From: Candidatus Woesearchaeota archaeon
GTDB lineage: Archaea; Nanobdellota; Nanobdellia; Pacearchaeales; GW2011-AR1
Direction: 5' to 3'
Assembly: GCA_964519005.1 (NCBI GenBank)
Contig: CAZFLO010000001.1
Coordinates: 1 to 25,420, forward strand
Length of the DNA: 25,420 nt
Positions 22,803-25,420 of the stretch are shown piece after piece. The notes beneath the pieces are model-generated. The model was not told where the DNA came from. It did not search any database and worked only from the letters and a program-made list of their open reading frames with translations. Numbering within the stretch: position 1 is the first letter of the stretch; each line of letters starts with the position of its first letter. A program made the translations under genes and the position numbers.

Positions 22803-23030
22803 CTATTTCTGGAGATCTTTTATTTTGGATTCGATTAAATCAAGTACCTTCTCTCTCGTGGAGTCAGAGATAATTGACTCAGCAACAAACCTTGTTCTTT
22901 CAAGTTCTTCCAAATCTGTTTCTTTTGAAAGTCCTAAAAGAAAATTTTCAAAAGATTCTACCCTCAAATCTACATTTTGAGTATGGGAGGAGTTCATGAC
23001 ATACATGCATAATTCTGACAGGCTTTCCAT
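22803..23030 (-). CDS. small helical protein (75 aa), paralogue of 20378..20623
   Basis: ATG 23028-23030. Gapless alignment to 20378..20623 shows conserved DLEELER..FV...IIS and LIESKIKDL. Confidence 0.55.
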   Translation of the reverse strand: MESLSELCMYVMNSSHTQNVDLRVESFENFLLGLSKETDLEELERTRFVAESIISDSTREKVLDLIESKIKDLQK

Positions 23031-23067
23031 GTTAGTTAATTTTTGATGATTAAATTTGATTAATTTT

Positions 23068-23544
23068 TTATTTACTCAAAACATCCTGGTATTCGGAGAG
23101 TTTAAACCCGTATCCGGATTTATACGGAAAATCATCTTCTTGAACTTCTCTGAAGAAAAAGAAAGTTGAGATTCCTACTCTGATAACCAAATATTTCTCC
23201 CCTTTTTCGTTTACGATTGCATAGGGAATTCCTTGGATCTTTAACCTGTTTCCGAATTCTATGGAAAGTGATTTATCTGAAGGAATATTTTCCGGCGTTG
23301 TTAGTTCTACTAAAGAACCCTCAATTGAATCGAAGGAATTCAGGATGTCTTTGTATGAATTAGAAATCGCAAAGATTTCATAAGTATAAATGTCTGGGAA
23401 ATTGAATCCTCTCTCTAATTGGTTAAGAACGGTAAGGAGGTGTTCTTTTCCATACTCCTCTGTAAAAAAATCAAATGAAACAATTGTTTTGTCTTTTAGG
23501 GGATTTAAAAAATCCTTCAAAGACATTTCTTTTAAATTTATCAT
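23068..23544 (-). CDS. hypothetical protein (158 aa)
   Basis: ATG 23542-23544. First gene after module 23579-23643. No domain confidently recognised; a faint SUKH/SMI1-like N-terminal pattern (LNQLERGFNFPDIY) is only a guess. Confidence 0.6.
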   Translation of the reverse strand: MINLKEMSLKDFLNPLKDKTIVSFDFFTEEYGKEHLLTVLNQLERGFNFPDIYTYEIFAISNSYKDILNSFDSIEGSLVELTTPENIPSDKSLSIEFGNRLKIQGIPYAIVNEKGEKYLVIRVGISTFFFFREVQEDDFPYKSGYGFKLSEYQDVLSK

Positions 23545-23578
23545 GTTATTAGAATTTAATTAATAATTTGTTTATTTG

Positions 23579-23643
23579 AAAAAAGAAAAAATTCCGGTTT
23601 GTTTAATTTTCTCTCTACCGGAAAAAGAGATCAGGGTATTACT
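23579..23643 (-). terminator. family-B stop-plus-terminator module (copy 2)
   Basis: Same sequence block. Its TAA (23639-23641) is the stop codon of the LysM gene. The T tract follows the CCGGT/ACCGG stem. Confidence 0.45.
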
Positions 23644-24430
23644 CGATTATTAATTTCTGTCCGACCAAGATTAAATCGGATTTAAGACCATTCAGCTTTT
23701 TCAAAGAAGCTATACTAATTCCATAAAGTATGGAAATGGATGTTAAGGTTTCTTTTTTCACAACCAAATGGATTCTTTCTTCTGCCGTTGCTATTCCTTT
23801 TGGTTTGATTACCTTCTTTTTTGAAGGAATATATTTTTCCAAAACATAAAAATCATTGACATTTTTGAAGGTGATTTTCAAGGTTTCAAGATTGAGAATA
23901 TCAACTATATCATCATCCAAAGGAGTTATGAGGACATATTCACCATATTCACCATATTTGAAAAATAAATATGTTTTACCATCAATATCCATCATGGTGG
24001 GAGGATCATAAGAATAATCTCCATGTTCTGTCTCTATTGTCCACCTCCCTTTTTTTACCCTTCCCTTTGTTGCTTTCAAACCAGCAGGAGTGAATCGATC
24101 TACATGGGCCCCATATTTGTTCAAAAAAGGAACTGCAATAAAATACCCTCCCTCCACAGTAATGTTGCGTTCACCGGTTTCAAGAATCCTTTCAATACGA
24201 AGATCTTTAAAACGGGCAACTTGGAAAGGCAAAGAACTCGCTCCCTCGTTTGGCATAAAATACCTTGCCGAATCGAACAGATTGGTGACATTATAAATTA
24301 GCGGGCCCGATTTAAACTTTTTGGAAGTGAAAGAAATATCGGTAATGTTGTTTTTTGCATGGTGTTTTCTTTGTCCTATTGCACCAACAGAAATAAGCAC
24401 CATTAATAAAACTAAAATTAAATTTTTCAT
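23639..24430 (-). CDS. secreted protein with C-terminal LysM domain (263 aa)
   Basis: Signal peptide MKNLILVLLMVLISVGAIGQ. The C-terminus HLVVKKETLTSISILYGISIASLKKLNGLKSDLILVGQKLII matches the LysM consensus (TV..GDTL..IA..YG......N.L....L.VGQ.L.I). Confidence 0.8.
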   Translation of the reverse strand: MKNLILVLLMVLISVGAIGQRKHHAKNNITDISFTSKKFKSGPLIYNVTNLFDSARYFMPNEGASSLPFQVARFKDLRIERILETGERNITVEGGYFIAVPFLNKYGAHVDRFTPAGLKATKGRVKKGRWTIETEHGDYSYDPPTMMDIDGKTYLFFKYGEYGEYVLITPLDDDIVDILNLETLKITFKNVNDFYVLEKYIPSKKKVIKPKGIATAEERIHLVVKKETLTSISILYGISIASLKKLNGLKSDLILVGQKLIIE

Positions 24431-24493
24431 AAGAATTGTTTTTTAAATTTAGAAAATTTGTTTATTGGAAATTTGTTTATTTATTTGTTTTAA

Positions 24494-25051
24494 CTAAAAC
24501 TTTGCTCCTACTGTTAAGTTGAATCCATGGAATTTGTCTCCGGCAATTTGCAATGTGTGTTCTCCTTCAAGATATATTCTTACGGGACCATAAGGCAATA
24601 AAGTCACTCCTGCCCTTAATGGGATGTTCCAGGAATTGAAATCGTTTCCTTCGTAAGAACAATCCTCCTTTTGATTCCACATATTATGCTCGGTTGTTCT
24701 GAACATTATTCCAGTTCCAAAATATCCTATTCTCTTGCCGGAAAAATTTGGATAAAAGTTGACCATGTATCCCAAATCGAAAACCGTTTGGTTTGAGAGT
24801 TCTGAATCTCCCACATTGTGGTTTAGATATGCCCCGGCAAATGCACCATGTTCGAGGAAGTATTCTTTGAATCCTGCTTCGACTTTGAAACCTCCAAAGG
24901 TTACTGAAGGGTAATTTCCACAATCTGTTTTTAGGATTGTGAGACTTGGGCCAACTTTTCCGTAGAACTCTTGAGCTTGGGTATTTGGGCAACAGGCAAC
25001 TGCGAAAACTGCGATTAAAACTGCGATTAAAATTTTGATTGAATTTTTCAT
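24494..25051 (-). CDS. small outer-membrane beta-barrel-like protein (185 aa)
   Basis: Signal peptide ending NTQAQ. Alternating strand pattern with Gly/aromatic girdles. Ends LTVGAKF (C-terminal Phe). Confidence 0.7.
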   Translation of the reverse strand: MKNSIKILIAVLIAVFAVACCPNTQAQEFYGKVGPSLTILKTDCGNYPSVTFGGFKVEAGFKEYFLEHGAFAGAYLNHNVGDSELSNQTVFDLGYMVNFYPNFSGKRIGYFGTGIMFRTTEHNMWNQKEDCSYEGNDFNSWNIPLRAGVTLLPYGPVRIYLEGEHTLQIAGDKFHGFNLTVGAKF

Positions 25052-25133
25052 ACTTTTAAAATTTAAGATTTAGAAATTTGATTATTTTTTGATGTTAATT
25101 TGTGAATAACTTTGTTTGTTTATGGAAATTTGT

Positions 25134-25420
25134 TTATTTGCTGCTGGAACAAATCACAAACCACTCAGCATCGTCCTTCTTTTTTTGATAGATGGAAATC
25201 CCTGCTGCGGTACCCACCCTACTTTCTGCTTTTTGATAGATTGAGATTCCTACTCCGAGAGTTGCATCCTTTTCTGCTTTTTGATAAATTGGAATTCCCC
25301 AGCCAGTGATGGCATTACTTTCTGCTTTTTGATAACTTAGAACTGCCACTATTGTGAATGCATCTCCTTCTGCTTTTTGATAGGTTGAAATCCCTAAACC
25401 AATAGTTGCACCATTTCCTG
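25134..25420 (-). CDS. 16-aa tandem-repeat protein, C-terminal part only (5' end beyond window)
   Basis: The frame is open to the window edge. It reads ...GLGISTYQKAEGDAFT IAVLSYQKAESNAITG WGIPIYQKAEKDATLG VGISIYQKAESRVGTA AGISIYQKKKDDAEWFVICSSSK. The track start at 25349 is just an internal Met. Confidence 0.6.
   Translation of the reverse strand, partial: GNGATIGLGISTYQKAEGDAFTIVAVLSYQKAESNAITGWGIPIYQKAEKDATLGVGISIYQKAESRVGTAAGISIYQKKKDDAEWFVICSSSK
25178..25420 (-). repeat. 48-bp tandem repeat (at least five units, continues past window edge)
   Basis: The anchor CTGCTTTTTGATA recurs at 25226, 25274, 25322 and 25370, with a degenerate first unit at about 25178. Period is exactly 48 nt (16 codons) and encodes the YQKAE repeats. 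Confidence 0.85.

Overview
AT-rich 25.4-kb window. Every credible gene (about 44) lies on the minus strand. Genes are tightly packed and mostly small (38-260 aa; three exceed 300 aa). I recognise no housekeeping, replication, phage-structural, recombinase, cas or defence-enzyme signature from sequence alone. Recognisable products: a lipoprotein with a PKD domain and a Fibrobacter-type (TIGR02145-like) C-terminal domain, a LysM protein, a thioredoxin-fold lipoprotein, an ankyrin-like protein and a zinc-ribbon tail-anchored protein. There are also three outer-membrane beta-barrel-like proteins (one frame-broken at a T6 run), several lipoproteins with Bacteroidota-style signal peptides, many small multi-TM proteins, and a 16-aa-repeat protein cut by the right edge. 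Roughly half of the products look envelope-targeted. The most striking signal is non-coding. The left 12 kb carries nine copies of a composite module: a T/G box, an A tract, a GC hairpin with a variable loop, and a T tract. On the coding strand this reads as an intrinsic terminator fused to the leader of the next gene. Several single genes or gene pairs are bracketed by long direct repeats: 64 nt perfect, 77 nt with 2 mismatches, 41 nt perfect. A second stop-codon-plus-terminator module occurs twice. The overall picture is a co-oriented array of ORFan cassettes separated by reusable expression/recombination modules. It resembles PeSL-flanked hyperplastic regions of T4-type phages, integron cassette arrays and Bacteroidales rAID immunity arrays, but has none of their hallmark genes in this window. 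Host or element type (Bacteroidota-like bacterium, its phage, or an integrated element) cannot be decided from this window. All functional calls beyond the named domains are inference.
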